Shown here: positions 34,743-44,673 of the stretch, piece by piece
Position numbering within the stretch: the stretch's first letter is position 1
Layout of the letters: the number at the start of each line of letters is the position of its first letter
Notes under the pieces: generated by a model
What the model saw: the letters and a program-made list of their open reading frames with translations, nothing else
Told to the model about the DNA's origin: nothing
Databases searched by the model: none
Assembly (NCBI GenBank): GCA_020148025.1
Contig: JAHCRH010000002.1
Location: 1 to 60,975, forward strand
Source of the DNA: Patescibacteria group bacterium
GTDB lineage: Bacteria; Patescibacteriota; Minisyncoccia; Minisyncoccales; JAHCRE01
Direction: 5' to 3'
DNA length: 60,975 bases
Position numbers and translations under genes: made by a program

Positions 34743-37691
34743 CTATCTCATTTCTTTCGTAGCTTTTAATTCTTCTACTAAAGCGTCATAAACTTTAGGT
34801 AACCATTCTTCAATCTGTGCATCAGAAAATCCTAAAGTTTGTAATATATTTTTATCCAATTCAACTCTTGCTGGGAATCTCTTTTCTAATTGTTCAATAA
34901 TAGAAGGGAATTCTACATTTGTTATTTTGTCAAAGGTTTTTAATAACGATTTCCTTTCGTTTTCGCTTAATCTATCAACATTAATAACATCAATAAGCGC
35001 CAAATCTGGCTGCATTATTTCAATAAGCTGTCCTGTGGTCTCACTTTTATTTAAAAACAACTGAACCAAATAGAGAATGCTATTAAGATATAATGATAAG
35101 ATTTTACTCTTTTTAGGGTTATCAATCTTAAATATCAGAAATTTATTGGTTGGAACAAATTTTGTATCAGAATAAACTGCTAAAAGATGAGTGTTGTCAG
35201 AATACAAATTAAATCTCCGGGGAATAGCTAAATTGGTTTTCGTATGCTCAGACTTATCTTTTACAAAATTCCAGTCGAATTTCCTTTTTTTATTCCAATT
35301 TGAAAATTTAATTATAGAATCAGAATCCTTAAAATCTGATTGTATTAAATAATCATGTTTCTCGTTTAATGAAATGGATTTTATTCCTGTGATAGTTTTC
35401 AATGCAGGAACGGTTTTATTCTTATCTATTCTATATCTAAACTTAGGTATGGATTTAATTTGAAATGAAATATTATTATTTTCTTCCCTTAAAAGAAGAA
35501 AGGCTCTTTTTTCCCTGCTTTTATCAGAGGGTCTTATTAAAAACACTATCTGGCTTAAGCCTGCGGGGTAATCTGGGAAACCGTATTGCAACCAGTCTTT
35601 TTCAATTTTAATCATTTTATCTTTAAATTGTTTGCATTGAGCTAAAAAGTTATCGATAACTCTCTTCCGTTTTAATGCCGAAAAGGCTAAAAAATACATT
35701 AAATTATACTTGTTTTCTAGTAACTTCTTATGTTCTATGAATTCAATTTCAAATTCCTCACACGAATACTGATAACCTGCTTTTGGATTAATACTCTTTA
35801 TTTCTTTAATCAGATTTCTTGCATCTATATCTGATAAATCTCTTATAGATTTTTTGAGAAATATTATTCCTGTTAAATCTTTGGGTTTCGGTTTCCTCTT
35901 TTGGGTAATGAAGAGTATGTCTCTAAATGCGGCGCCTTCACTAAAAGCTATCTCTCGAGTTGTTTTCAGAATATATTGAGTGTAATAATTCTTAAGGATA
36001 TAATCCCTTATTTGCTGAGTGGCTTCTCCTCGAGCTATATTTATCGGAATAACTAATCCCATCCTTCCTTTTTCTTTTAATAAATAATCTGCAAGTGCCA
36101 AGAAGAATCCCCAGAAATTTATTTGATTGCCGCATATTTTTATTAAATGCTGGAAATCTTTTAAATGTTCTTTGTATTCTTTTGGCATCTTGTGTCTATC
36201 GGAAAATGGCGGATTCATTAAAACTATATCTAGAGGCTTTAATATAAATTTCTCTCCTTTCCCACCTTCGAGCCCCACAGCGCCAGCACGCTCCAATACT
36301 TTTTCTTTGCCAAAAATAGTAAATTGGGCTAGAGTCTGAAATGGTTCAATAGGAATTCCCTCTTTGGTAAACTCTGGGCTTGATAATCTACTTTGAAGCT
36401 CTAATGAGTCCTGACAGCCTACCCTTACTTTATTTGTTATTGCATTAGGATTTTGAGCAGCAAGATTAACAGCTGTAAGATGAGAAGCGAATGGCATTAT
36501 GTCAATTCCTGTTATTTGCTCTTCTACAAATTTTTTATGAAGATTTTTCAATTGCAAAGAGGAATTGTCCTGTTTTTTTTGTTTATACAGATTAAATTTT
36601 CTCTTATAAGCGGCGACTAAAAGCGTTCCCGAACCACAGGCGGGGTCAATGACTGTATTGTCCCATTTATCAATTGTTAAGCCGGCGAGAATGTCTGCAG
36701 CTATAGGGTTCGTATAAAAAGCTGCTAACACTTTTCTTGTAGTTGGGGGTAATAATTCGTGATAAAGTCTTCCCAATAAATCATGGCTTACAAATTCTGG
36801 CTTTAGAATATTTATTGCTTTAATAATTTCTCTAACCTCTGCTACAATTTCTTTTTGATTTGGTAATCTAGAAGCTAGATCTACTGAATAAATCGCTTTA
36901 TAATTAATGTCAGTAATTTTTTTGAAGTAGCCCCTGAGGCTCTCGATAGAAGTTATTTTACCTTCATCTAACTTTTCTATTTTTCCTGTGGTCTCAGAAA
37001 ATACACGATAAAAAAGTATTTGGTTGCTGAGAAGATAGGGAATCAAATCAATAGCAGCAAGTTGAAGGTTCTCTATAGCCTTTTTAGTCTTTTCTATTTG
37101 TCCTAAACCTAAGAATAAATCGAATCTTCCAACCACTATATCTATTAATTCACTAATTTCCTTTTTGGTTCTTTGTGCTCTTAAAATCTCGGAAATTATA
37201 CCTATGCCAGTTCTTAATGTCTCGATAACAAGTTTAAATGATGTTTTCGTCTCTTTAGTGGCCAGGAATTCATCTATGGAAAATTTAAGCCTTGGGAATA
37301 ACTCCGAAGCCTTTACCGATGAAAAACTCTCATTAAAAAAATCAGAGAGGAAAATTGCGTTAACTTTACTTTCTGTCGTTAGGTGTCTTACTATCTCGGG
37401 CTTTATAAATAATGGAGTTCTTATTTGGGCCGGATACTCTATGACTAAAATACCGTCTCCTTTTACCTTCTGACAATAACCCCAAGCCTGGGTAATGCCC
37501 CGTAAAAGATTCTTTAAATATCTTCCAGTCCCTATTTTGATCTCGGCTATAAATCTTTTTGAATTGTAGAAACACTCAAAATCAAAATAGCCATGTCTAA
37601 TCCCTATAGCAGAGATGTTGTCAAAACCATTTGCTTTTAGTAGCTTTGATATTTCAGGATATAGGCTTTGTTCCGTTATCCTTTTCTTCAT
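34743..37691 (-). CDS. Type IIG/IIL-like fused restriction endonuclease-N6-adenine methyltransferase (982 aa)
   Basis: N-terminal FDFECFYNSKRFIAEIKIG (D-x12-ExK), motif I IDPACGSGTLL, motif IV VLMNPPFS, and a long C-terminal TRD-like region. Confidence 0.7.
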   Translation of the reverse strand: MKKRITEQSLYPEISKLLKANGFDNISAIGIRHGYFDFECFYNSKRFIAEIKIGTGRYLKNLLRGITQAWGYCQKVKGDGILVIEYPAQIRTPLFIKPEIVRHLTTESKVNAIFLSDFFNESFSSVKASELFPRLKFSIDEFLATKETKTSFKLVIETLRTGIGIISEILRAQRTKKEISELIDIVVGRFDLFLGLGQIEKTKKAIENLQLAAIDLIPYLLSNQILFYRVFSETTGKIEKLDEGKITSIESLRGYFKKITDINYKAIYSVDLASRLPNQKEIVAEVREIIKAINILKPEFVSHDLLGRLYHELLPPTTRKVLAAFYTNPIAADILAGLTIDKWDNTVIDPACGSGTLLVAAYKRKFNLYKQKKQDNSSLQLKNLHKKFVEEQITGIDIMPFASHLTAVNLAAQNPNAITNKVRVGCQDSLELQSRLSSPEFTKEGIPIEPFQTLAQFTIFGKEKVLERAGAVGLEGGKGEKFILKPLDIVLMNPPFSDRHKMPKEYKEHLKDFQHLIKICGNQINFWGFFLALADYLLKEKGRMGLVIPINIARGEATQQIRDYILKNYYTQYILKTTREIAFSEGAAFRDILFITQKRKPKPKDLTGIIFLKKSIRDLSDIDARNLIKEIKSINPKAGYQYSCEEFEIEFIEHKKLLENKYNLMYFLAFSALKRKRVIDNFLAQCKQFKDKMIKIEKDWLQYGFPDYPAGLSQIVFLIRPSDKSREKRAFLLLREENNNISFQIKSIPKFRYRIDKNKTVPALKTITGIKSISLNEKHDYLIQSDFKDSDSIIKFSNWNKKRKFDWNFVKDKSEHTKTNLAIPRRFNLYSDNTHLLAVYSDTKFVPTNKFLIFKIDNPKKSKILSLYLNSILYLVQLFLNKSETTGQLIEIMQPDLALIDVINVDRLSENERKSLLKTFDKITNVEFPSIIEQLEKRFPARVELDKNILQTLGFSDAQIEEWLPKVYDALVEELKATKEMR

Positions 37692-37873
37692 ATATTTTCT
37701 GTGTGTTTTTTATTTGAGTTTTCTTTTAAAAATTTTTCTAAATCTCTCCTCTTAATACGCCACTGGCCAATGCGAGAAGCTCGAAGTCGGCCAGATTCGA
37801 TATAACGCAAAACAGATCTTTCGCTGACCTTGAGATATTTTGCTACTTCTTTAATAGTAAAGAGATGATCCAT
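37688..37873 (-). CDS. Excisionase/MerR-type helix-turn-helix protein, translationally coupled to the Type IIG gene
   Basis: FTIKEVAKYLKVSERSVLRYIESGRLRASRIG. Its stop overlaps the downstream start (ATGA at 37688-37691). Confidence 0.7.
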   Translation of the reverse strand: MDHLFTIKEVAKYLKVSERSVLRYIESGRLRASRIGQWRIKRRDLEKFLKENSNKKHTENI

Positions 37874-37882
37874 GTTGTTTTA

Positions 37883-37911
37883 TTTTAAGTTTTAAATTAT
37901 CGCCTGTCAAC
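37883..37911 (-). promoter_or_regulatory. Promoter of the HTH/Type IIG operon (TTGACA-17-TAAAAT)
   Basis: Minus-strand TTGACA at 37906-37911 and TAAAAT at 37883-37888. An M motif at 37950-37958 lies upstream. The TGTCAA..TTGGCAATTTTTGACA block recurs at 40385-40410. Confidence 0.55.
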
Positions 37912-38148
37912 TTTTGGCAATTTTTGACAGAATTCTCAACGTGTCTAAATGTCGCACAATATTGAAACTGGGCTTGAAGTACAAATTGAAAAAGATACTA
38001 ATTTGTTCGGATATATATTGTCCGAATTGTCCGAACTACTAAATGTCGCGCAATATGTCTTGTGAGGCTATTCTGTAAATAAAAAAAAGCGGTTAGAAAC
38101 CGCTATTTTGGAAAGAACTATTATAGAAAATGGAAAGAAAGAAAAAGA

Positions 38149-38937
38149 TTATGAAGACCGAATAGGAGTTAGTAGTAATTCAACTAGTCTTTCTGTGGGC
38201 AATGCCGTGATTAGTTCTTTTTTCTCTCCTCTTTCTTTCAGAATTTCCTTGGCTTTTTCTTTGTATGTTCCTGAGCAGTTATGAGCTAACCATTCGAGAA
38301 TCGCATTGCCAGGTTCTTGTTCTATAAGTTTATCCCAGGCCGCGGCTTTATAACCTTCCGGAGCGTTCAATATCAGGTCTCGCAGATCACCTTCAGTGGG
38401 TGCTTCTTGAAGTCTTTTCCAAGCCTTAAGTTTGTAATTCTGCGGAGCAAGTTGAATCACTAAGCAAAGGGCTTTGTGGTTATCTTTGAATGATGCGGAA
38501 TTCAGAACCCATTCTGAAACTTTGGCTCTATATTTTTCCGGAGCCCCCTCCAGTAAATCTTTGATCTCTTCAAGAGAAAGCTCTTTAGATTTAAGCATCA
38601 TCCATGCTGCTTCTGGATATGATCCCGTAGCATGCTTGATTATCTTACAAAAGATAGCATTGACAGGACTTCGTTCTATAAGAGCCTTCCAAGCTTTTTC
38701 TTTGTAGGCTTTATCAAAGCCCGTATTTACTAGACAGCAAAGAGCGAGAGTGCCTTCAGCAGCTGGTAATCCTGGCAGTTTTAGAATCTCTTGAAAAGCT
38801 CTTTCTCTATCTTTTCTCAGCGGAGCTTCGTTGACTATTCTAATAAAGATAGATGGTTTCGTACCTGTCCGTTCTGATAGTACCTTCCAAATCATTTCTC
38901 TTTCAATTCTACCGATTTTTCCTATATCTCTTTTCAA
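38149..38937 (-). CDS. Alpha-helical repeat protein (HEAT-like), TTG start
   Basis: Repeated ...KAWKALIE / AAWMMLKS / KAWKRLQE / AAWDKLIE... units about 35 aa apart. Confidence 0.5.
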   Translation of the reverse strand: MKRDIGKIGRIEREMIWKVLSERTGTKPSIFIRIVNEAPLRKDRERAFQEILKLPGLPAAEGTLALCCLVNTGFDKAYKEKAWKALIERSPVNAIFCKIIKHATGSYPEAAWMMLKSKELSLEEIKDLLEGAPEKYRAKVSEWVLNSASFKDNHKALCLVIQLAPQNYKLKAWKRLQEAPTEGDLRDLILNAPEGYKAAAWDKLIEQEPGNAILEWLAHNCSGTYKEKAKEILKERGEKKELITALPTERLVELLLTPIRSS

Positions 38938-38966
38938 TTTTTAACTCTCCATTTCTTGATGTTTAT

Positions 38967-38995
38967 ATTATATGCCCCAGTAAATAATTTGTCAA
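38967..38995 (-). promoter_or_regulatory. Promoter (TTGACA-17-TATAAT)
   Basis: Minus-strand TTGACA at 38990-38995 and TATAAT at 38967-38972. Confidence 0.55.
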
Positions 38996-39063
38996 GGTTC
39001 TGCACCGCTTTCTTATTTCCAAAATGGCCTCACGCAATATATCTTGTGCGATATTGAACAAAC

Positions 39064-39092
39064 TTGATTTTTTTTAAATAACTCTTATTATA
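39064..39092 (+). promoter_or_regulatory. Promoter (TTGATT-17-ATTATA) preceded by an M-type site
   Basis: TTGATT at 39064-39069 and ATTATA at 39087-39092. The site CTCACGCAA-TATATC-TTGTGCGA lies at 39029-39051. Confidence 0.45.
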
Positions 39093-39126
39093 AAAACAGC
39101 TCGTTGAAAAGGAGGTGAATTGAAAA

Positions 39127-40176
39127 ATGAAGAAAAATAGCATCTGGTGTTTCCTTGATAATGAAGGACCTCAAACGCTTAATGACAACGCTCAGGAAAA
39201 TATGGTGGTATTAGCCAAGCAATGTGGCCTTGGTGAGCAAGTTGGGATTGATTTTTATCGGCGAATAAGTGTAGTTGATGATATCTGGGGGGATTTCCAT
39301 AAAATAGCAAAAGATCCGCATTACTCTTCGGGACATACACTTAAGGTTAGTCTACCTTTTTTCAAGGCAATGGGTGCAACCTATCAGTGGCTTTATGAGT
39401 TTGCTAGGAGAAGTATTAGAACGGTTCCTAATATAGCAGGAGTCTTAAGAAGTCTTGATGGTAAGTATAATGTTCGTCAAATTTCAACAAGCTATGATTT
39501 CTTCATCAGAGCATATTGCGATTTAGTCGGTTTTGACTTCACAAAAAGTGTCTGCACTAAAGTGCCCGTATTTGATGAAATATCGATTTCAGAAGAAGAT
39601 GCTGAAGTATTAAGAGCTTTCATGAAGGAGGTTACAAAATGGCCGATTATTATATATGACCAAAAAACTGGTAAAGTATTCCCCCCTCACGAACGTTACT
39701 ATAGCTGCATCACCGGCTTTATTTGGGAGTTTGTTTACCATCTTCAGGTTGGGACATTACTTCAATCAGTCCATCCTATCGGCCAACAACAAAAACGGGA
39801 AATTCTTATTAGGGCTGCTCAGAAATTCAACATACCAAGAGAAAAGATATTCTATGTCGGCGATAGTCAAACCGATGTTGGATGTGTTCAACTTCTAAAA
39901 GGAGAAGGTTTGACGATGATGTTCAATGGCAAAGGTAAGGTCTGCGACGAATCTGACTTGATGTATATCGGAGAAGACGCTAGGATAATCGAAGAAGTGG
40001 CCTATTTATTTGATCAGCATGGAAGAGAATGGGTAATAGGACACTATACACCATTGCGTCGGGTAAAACACGGATTAATTGCGGCGGTTACGCCACAAAA
40101 CCTCGGAGAGCTCAAGGAAATGAGCGTTAAAAAGAGAAAAGAATTCAGAGGAGCTCATATAGGAGAGCTAACATAG
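39127..40176 (+). CDS. HAD-superfamily-like hydrolase (349 aa)
   Basis: N-terminal CFLDNEGPQT (DxD/E-type motif I variant) and YVGDSQTDVGCV (motif IV). Confidence 0.45.
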   Translation: MKKNSIWCFLDNEGPQTLNDNAQENMVVLAKQCGLGEQVGIDFYRRISVVDDIWGDFHKIAKDPHYSSGHTLKVSLPFFKAMGATYQWLYEFARRSIRTVPNIAGVLRSLDGKYNVRQISTSYDFFIRAYCDLVGFDFTKSVCTKVPVFDEISISEEDAEVLRAFMKEVTKWPIIIYDQKTGKVFPPHERYYSCITGFIWEFVYHLQVGTLLQSVHPIGQQQKREILIRAAQKFNIPREKIFYVGDSQTDVGCVQLLKGEGLTMMFNGKGKVCDESDLMYIGEDARIIEEVAYLFDQHGREWVIGHYTPLRRVKHGLIAAVTPQNLGELKEMSVKKRKEFRGAHIGELT

Positions 40177-40557
40177 GATAGCAAAGACCTTTATTTGTTA
40201 AAATGCCCTTATTTGGGCATTTTTTATTTCATGGAATATGTCTTGCGAGACTATGTTTAGATATAAAAAATATCCCGAGAGTTCTTCTCTTGGTCGTTCC
40301 ATTTTTGGCAAATCGCGAATAGTAAATTTTCTCATAAATTTAATTCATTTTCGCATAAAAAATCGGCTTTTTCAAGCCGATTTTTTTGTCAATTTTGGCA
40401 ATTTTTGACACCTCCCTAAACGTCGCACAAATGTCTCGTGAGACGATATTTACGGAGAAATAAAACGCCCGAGAGAAAAACTCTCGGGCGGGAGGGCGGA
40501 GATAAAAAAAAGGGGCATTAAGCCCCGAAAATTTGAAGAAAAAAAGAAAGAAAAGAG

Positions 40558-40884
40558 CTATGTTTGTTGAGCTTCGAGGAATGCTTTGCGGAACTGGGCG
40601 ATTTCGTCTGCGTCAAGGGCCCGAAAATCCTTATCTATACTATGAAGAGTGATCGAACCATCAGCCCAGAGAGTAGCAATATCAGTTCCTGGCGGCTCGT
40701 ATCGTATAGCTATACCTTCTTTGGGATGTTGCTTGACTAACTGTTTGATTTCCGCAGCTAATTTGGCAAGATCTGATGTGGCTCCGAATCCTCGTAGCTC
40801 TGGTTCTCCTGCCTTTATAGTTTCTAGTATGTATGCACCGTATTCTTTAAGACCTTTCCAAAAACCTACCCAACACAGTTTCAA
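40558..40884 (-). CDS. Hypothetical protein (108 aa, TTG start)
   Basis: AAGGAGG SD 8 nt upstream of the TTG, plus a consensus promoter. Confidence 0.5.
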   Translation of the reverse strand: MKLCWVGFWKGLKEYGAYILETIKAGEPELRGFGATSDLAKLAAEIKQLVKQHPKEGIAIRYEPPGTDIATLWADGSITLHSIDKDFRALDADEIAQFRKAFLEAQQT

Positions 40885-40918
40885 TCTTTCGTCCTCCTTA
40901 TACTATTAACTAAAAATT

Positions 40919-40947
40919 AGTATATCAAATCAAATTATTTTTGTCAA
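40919..40947 (-). promoter_or_regulatory. Promoter (TTGACA-17-TATACT)
   Basis: Minus-strand TTGACA at 40942-40947 and TATACT at 40919-40924. Confidence 0.55.
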
Positions 40948-41079
40948 GCGGCGGCTCCCAAAAGGTGGGGCGGCGAAAATAAAAAAAGAAGGGCATTTAT
41001 AGTCAGCCCTAAAGACTTTTTTTTAAAAAAAAGTGGGGTTGAAGCTTAGCCTCTTAGCTTCTTTAAAGCACGCACCCTT

Positions 41080-41730
41080 TTATTCTTCTCCTTGACACAA
41101 AGAAAGCGCTAGTTCTTCAATTCGTATTATTCTTGCGATTTCGCGTGCTCGGCGATAGAGTTGGTGTCGAGCCTTAGTCCAGTCTTTTATAGCTTTACCC
41201 AATTCTCTCCATATTTCTTCTGATGTTGACTTTGTCTTCGCAATAATTGTCGCTAAATCTGATTCTTCGATATGCACTCTTGTAGCTCTCTCGTATCCTC
41301 GTTTTTTGTATCCTGGTTCACCTTTGAATTCAACTTTTGCCAAAATCCATTGACCAGCTCTGGTAAGGCCCCAGATGTACATTGTCCCATCAGGACAACC
41401 ACCGCCCGGAGCACGATAACCGCTGTTCGGAATCCTCTGGATACCAGACCAGGGGCGGCGGAAGATACCTTGAGTTTTCAGAGAAAACCTCGTATCTCCT
41501 GTTACAGTGAGAGTATCGCGGATGGTAAGAGCATCGTATAAATCATGTCCTTCAGTCCAACTTTCGGTTCTAAGACATTTAAGTTCGCCGAGTTTGGGGA
41601 GGGTAAATGAATCAAGGTGCGGTTTGATGAGAGAACGGCGAGCCTCTATAAGGTCAAGCCACTCCTCATCGCTTGGTGGGTGCTTGCGAACTAGCAACCC
41701 TAATCCTTTAGTGTTGGGCGTACCCTTCAC
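41080..41730 (-). CDS. Hypothetical protein (216 aa)
   Basis: Long ORF with no recognisable motif. GC appears higher than in the flanking sequence. Confidence 0.5.
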   Translation of the reverse strand: MKGTPNTKGLGLLVRKHPPSDEEWLDLIEARRSLIKPHLDSFTLPKLGELKCLRTESWTEGHDLYDALTIRDTLTVTGDTRFSLKTQGIFRRPWSGIQRIPNSGYRAPGGGCPDGTMYIWGLTRAGQWILAKVEFKGEPGYKKRGYERATRVHIEESDLATIIAKTKSTSEEIWRELGKAIKDWTKARHQLYRRAREIARIIRIEELALSLCQGEE

Positions 41731-41907
41731 CTCCTTTTCTATTATTTCTGAAAGGCGTACCTCTCAGATAAATCATTTTCACATAATCCCACCTTTTTGT
41801 CAATAGAAACACCCGAGAAAAACCCTCGGGTTAATTTTTTATACCTAATTCTTGTAAAATATATGTACTTTGAACAATTAAATAAAAAAGACTGAGTTAT
41901 GCTCAGT

Positions 41908-42231
41908 CTATTTAATTGGTGGTTCAATAGAGAATGGCAACAGTATACCCGTTCCTATTTTTAGATAGATGACAAACTTTATTGGCCATACGACAAGAAA
42001 CCATAGTAATTCAGCGAATTTCCTCTTCTTGACAAAAAAACCAGCTAATCGTAGCACGCCGAAATAGTATTGAATAAAACCACTCGGAGTCCTTAGAGTC
42101 TTTTTTAGTTCTTTTTGTTTTTCTAAGATTTCAGCTCCACAGAGTGCAAAGAGAATTGCTAAACGAATCGGATGTCCTACCACTGGAAGATCTTTTTCCC
42201 ATTTTTTTAAAACCGCTGGGGTTATTCCCAT
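41908..42231 (-). CDS. Hypothetical protein with an ArsR-like HTH signature and a hydrophobic C-terminus
   Basis: GHPIRLAILFALCGAE, then two hydrophobic segments. Confidence 0.4.
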   Translation of the reverse strand: MGITPAVLKKWEKDLPVVGHPIRLAILFALCGAEILEKQKELKKTLRTPSGFIQYYFGVLRLAGFFVKKRKFAELLWFLVVWPIKFVIYLKIGTGILLPFSIEPPIK

Positions 42232-42364
42232 CTTTGGAACCTCATTTTCAAACAGCTATTTTCTTTATATCAAATATTTATTAGCATATCAAGAGAATCA
42301 AGCCCCGAGAGTTTTTCTCGGGCGAGACGACCAGAAATAAAAAACCCACTTGAAAAAAGTGGGG

Positions 42365-43765
42365 TTATTTGGGTGGATTGATAATGTCTTTTGCCCTTTT
42401 AGCGATGAGTTGTGCTTTTTCGGCTGCTAAGCCAATGTATTCGTCTGGGTTTTCAAGAAGTCGTCGAATTTCCCACGGAATTCTAGCTAGTATCTTAGCC
42501 AATGATTCATCTTTCTTTGAAAGTTCTTCTAATACCGCAATCAGCGGTTTTTTTGGTGTCGCGCGAGGCACAAGCTCTTTTTTCACGAAATCGTGAGCAT
42601 CTCTTTCAAATCCTGCCACTTGGAGAGCAAGATAAAGTGGTTCTGCCATAACAAGGTGAGTATTCAGTTCAAGGTTCTTCTTTAAAGCTTCGGGGTCAAT
42701 TTTCATTTTGGCAATTACCTTTATCATTCGCTCAAGTTGATATTGAACCAAGACCACAATTCCTGGGAATTCCCGGGAAGGAGCACTTCCGACAAGATCG
42801 CGTTGATGTTCTGAAATTAGGGTATCTAATACTTTGCCGTATTCGTTCTTTACGATGATGAAAATAGCTTCTGTATTTTCGAACGAAATCGGATTTTTCT
42901 TATGAACCATTGTTGAAGAACCGGTTTGATCTTCTCCAAATTCTTCTGCTATTTCTCCAATTTCAGTCCGTTGCAAATGACGACAATCGCGGCCGAGTTG
43001 AGCTAAGCAAGCACTTAGGAGGACGTGGGCGTGAAGAAAATCAGCTAAGAGTTCTGGTGGCAATATTTGAGTGCTAATTTCTGCAGCTGAAAGCTTGAGT
43101 TTTGCTAAAACTCTTTCTTCGATATTTCGCTCCAAGAGGCCGACTTGAGCATTGTAAGCTCCTACTGCTCCGCTGAATTTTCCGCGAAGATCATCACAGG
43201 TGATTACGAGACGCTCACGACAGTTCAATAGACGATTAAGAATGGTGGCTAACCAGAAACCTACGGTGATTGGTATCGCATGCTGTCCGTGTGTTCTGCC
43301 AATTTGGCGGACCTTTGCAAATTCTTCAACTTTGGCCATCAAAAGTTCGATGAGTCTATCAATAGTAGGAAGCATCACTTCAAGAAAAGCACGTTTGAAA
43401 GCAAGAATAGCGCCAGTATCTCTGATATCGAAGCTAGTTGCTGTCAAGTGAACCCATCGCCTCAATAGAAAAGGGTGTGGAATCATCTCTCGGATGAGTT
43501 GGACCAGAGCCACAACGTCATGCTTTGTTTCTTCTTCACGTTCATCAACTTCAGTGGTTGTGATGTTTTTGATTCTTCTGCGAACATCTAGTGTCAATCT
43601 GGCATATTCTTCTTGAGGAATGACTTCGATTTCTGCTAGAACATCAATTAAAGCTAATTCCACTTCAATCCATGGTTTTACAAGATTGTCATATCCGAAA
43701 TACGGAATCATCGATTTTGGTTGATATCGTGGATTACCAGGTAATATATAGTTCACAACTATCAT
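42365..43765 (-). CDS. Fumarate-lyase superfamily enzyme, adenylosuccinate lyase-like
   Basis: Signature GSSTMVHKKNPISFEN (GSSxMxxKxN). Confidence 0.75.
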   Translation of the reverse strand: MIVVNYILPGNPRYQPKSMIPYFGYDNLVKPWIEVELALIDVLAEIEVIPQEEYARLTLDVRRRIKNITTTEVDEREEETKHDVVALVQLIREMIPHPFLLRRWVHLTATSFDIRDTGAILAFKRAFLEVMLPTIDRLIELLMAKVEEFAKVRQIGRTHGQHAIPITVGFWLATILNRLLNCRERLVITCDDLRGKFSGAVGAYNAQVGLLERNIEERVLAKLKLSAAEISTQILPPELLADFLHAHVLLSACLAQLGRDCRHLQRTEIGEIAEEFGEDQTGSSTMVHKKNPISFENTEAIFIIVKNEYGKVLDTLISEHQRDLVGSAPSREFPGIVVLVQYQLERMIKVIAKMKIDPEALKKNLELNTHLVMAEPLYLALQVAGFERDAHDFVKKELVPRATPKKPLIAVLEELSKKDESLAKILARIPWEIRRLLENPDEYIGLAAEKAQLIAKRAKDIINPPK

Positions 43766-43993
43766 CTCCTTTATATTTTTAAGGAACTGATTCCCTCAGT
43801 ATAAAACTACCAAATTTAGGAAAATTTATCAAGAACGAATAAAAAAAGCAGAAAAAGCTGGTTTTTACCAGCTTAAATTAAATGTGCAATCGAAGAAGTT
43901 TTCTAAAAAATTGGGTGTCTTCTCCTTTCTATATTTTTACAAACTACTCTGCTCTATTTTTATTCTCGGATAGCACTTGAGAGAACCGGCCGT

Positions 43994-44179
43994 CTATTCA
44001 TCGAGTAGTATTTGAAGCATTCTCGCTACTCTAAGCTTTCGGCATTTTCCTTCGAAATGCTCCCACCAGCATTCTAAGCATATTAGAATTTCGAGGACCG
44101 AGCCATCTGGAAACTTTATTTGAATAGGTTTTGCAGCCACCGTAATATCTCCACAATCATCGCACCACATTATGTTCAC
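43994..44179 (-). CDS. Small zinc-ribbon protein (61 aa)
   Basis: CDDC ... CLEC. Its start overlaps the stop of the upstream gene by 4 nt. Confidence 0.45.
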   Translation of the reverse strand: MNIMWCDDCGDITVAAKPIQIKFPDGSVLEILICLECWWEHFEGKCRKLRVARMLQILLDE

Positions 44180-44550
44180 CCACTACTAACTTTGGCCATG
44201 ATTATTCCAAGCAAGTTGTTGGTCACAACAATTGTATAGAATCCCACTAAGAACAACAAATTGATATTCAGCAGCCAGAACCCTTTGGAGTAGTTCTCTT
44301 TCTTGCATAGGCCATAAGTGATGGTGGAAAAGCCACTATAAACGAGCGGTAAACCAATCTTGATAATCAATGACTCCTTAGTGACAAACGAATCGCCAGA
44401 AAATAAGGGATTAAACTCCCCGGCACCAAGAGATAAGCCATAGACAGTGGTGATTATGTCGGTTGAGTTCAAGGCTACGAGCAGACCGAGCAGCCACACG
44501 AATTTCTTGTTCAAGTTCTCACCCTCTTTTTTGTTTTTCTTCTTCGCCAA
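44176..44550 (-). CDS. Small multi-pass membrane protein (DUF5658-like)
   Basis: NSTDIITTVYGLSLGAGEFNPLF motif and 3-4 hydrophobic helices. The family name is from memory. Confidence 0.5.
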   Translation of the reverse strand: MAKKKNKKEGENLNKKFVWLLGLLVALNSTDIITTVYGLSLGAGEFNPLFSGDSFVTKESLIIKIGLPLVYSGFSTITYGLCKKENYSKGFWLLNINLLFLVGFYTIVVTNNLLGIIMAKVSSG

Positions 44551-44673
44551 TTCTTTTCATTCTTCGAGTTTCAAAGAACTGTATTTCAAGCATAGCATAA
44601 AATAATATTATGTCAAGGAAAAAGCGGGAATCGAGGGTGAGACGCAATCAGAATTGGTTCTGGGAAGAATTTT

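Noticed and set aside
36127-37575. Several 69-102-aa ORFs on both strands inside the Type IIG gene (36127-36339, 37165-37473, 37366-37575). Similar nested ORFs occur inside pyrG, murG, ftsW, aspS and other genes.
   Set aside because: They are fully nested in longer ORFs that carry clear catalytic motifs. Shadow ORFs of this kind are typical of AT-rich sequence.
34743-37691. BREX PglX or DISARM methylase.
   Set aside because: No PglZ, BrxC, BrxL, DrmA or DrmB-like genes occur anywhere in the window. The N-terminal D...ExK motif fits a self-contained Type IIG/IIL enzyme better.
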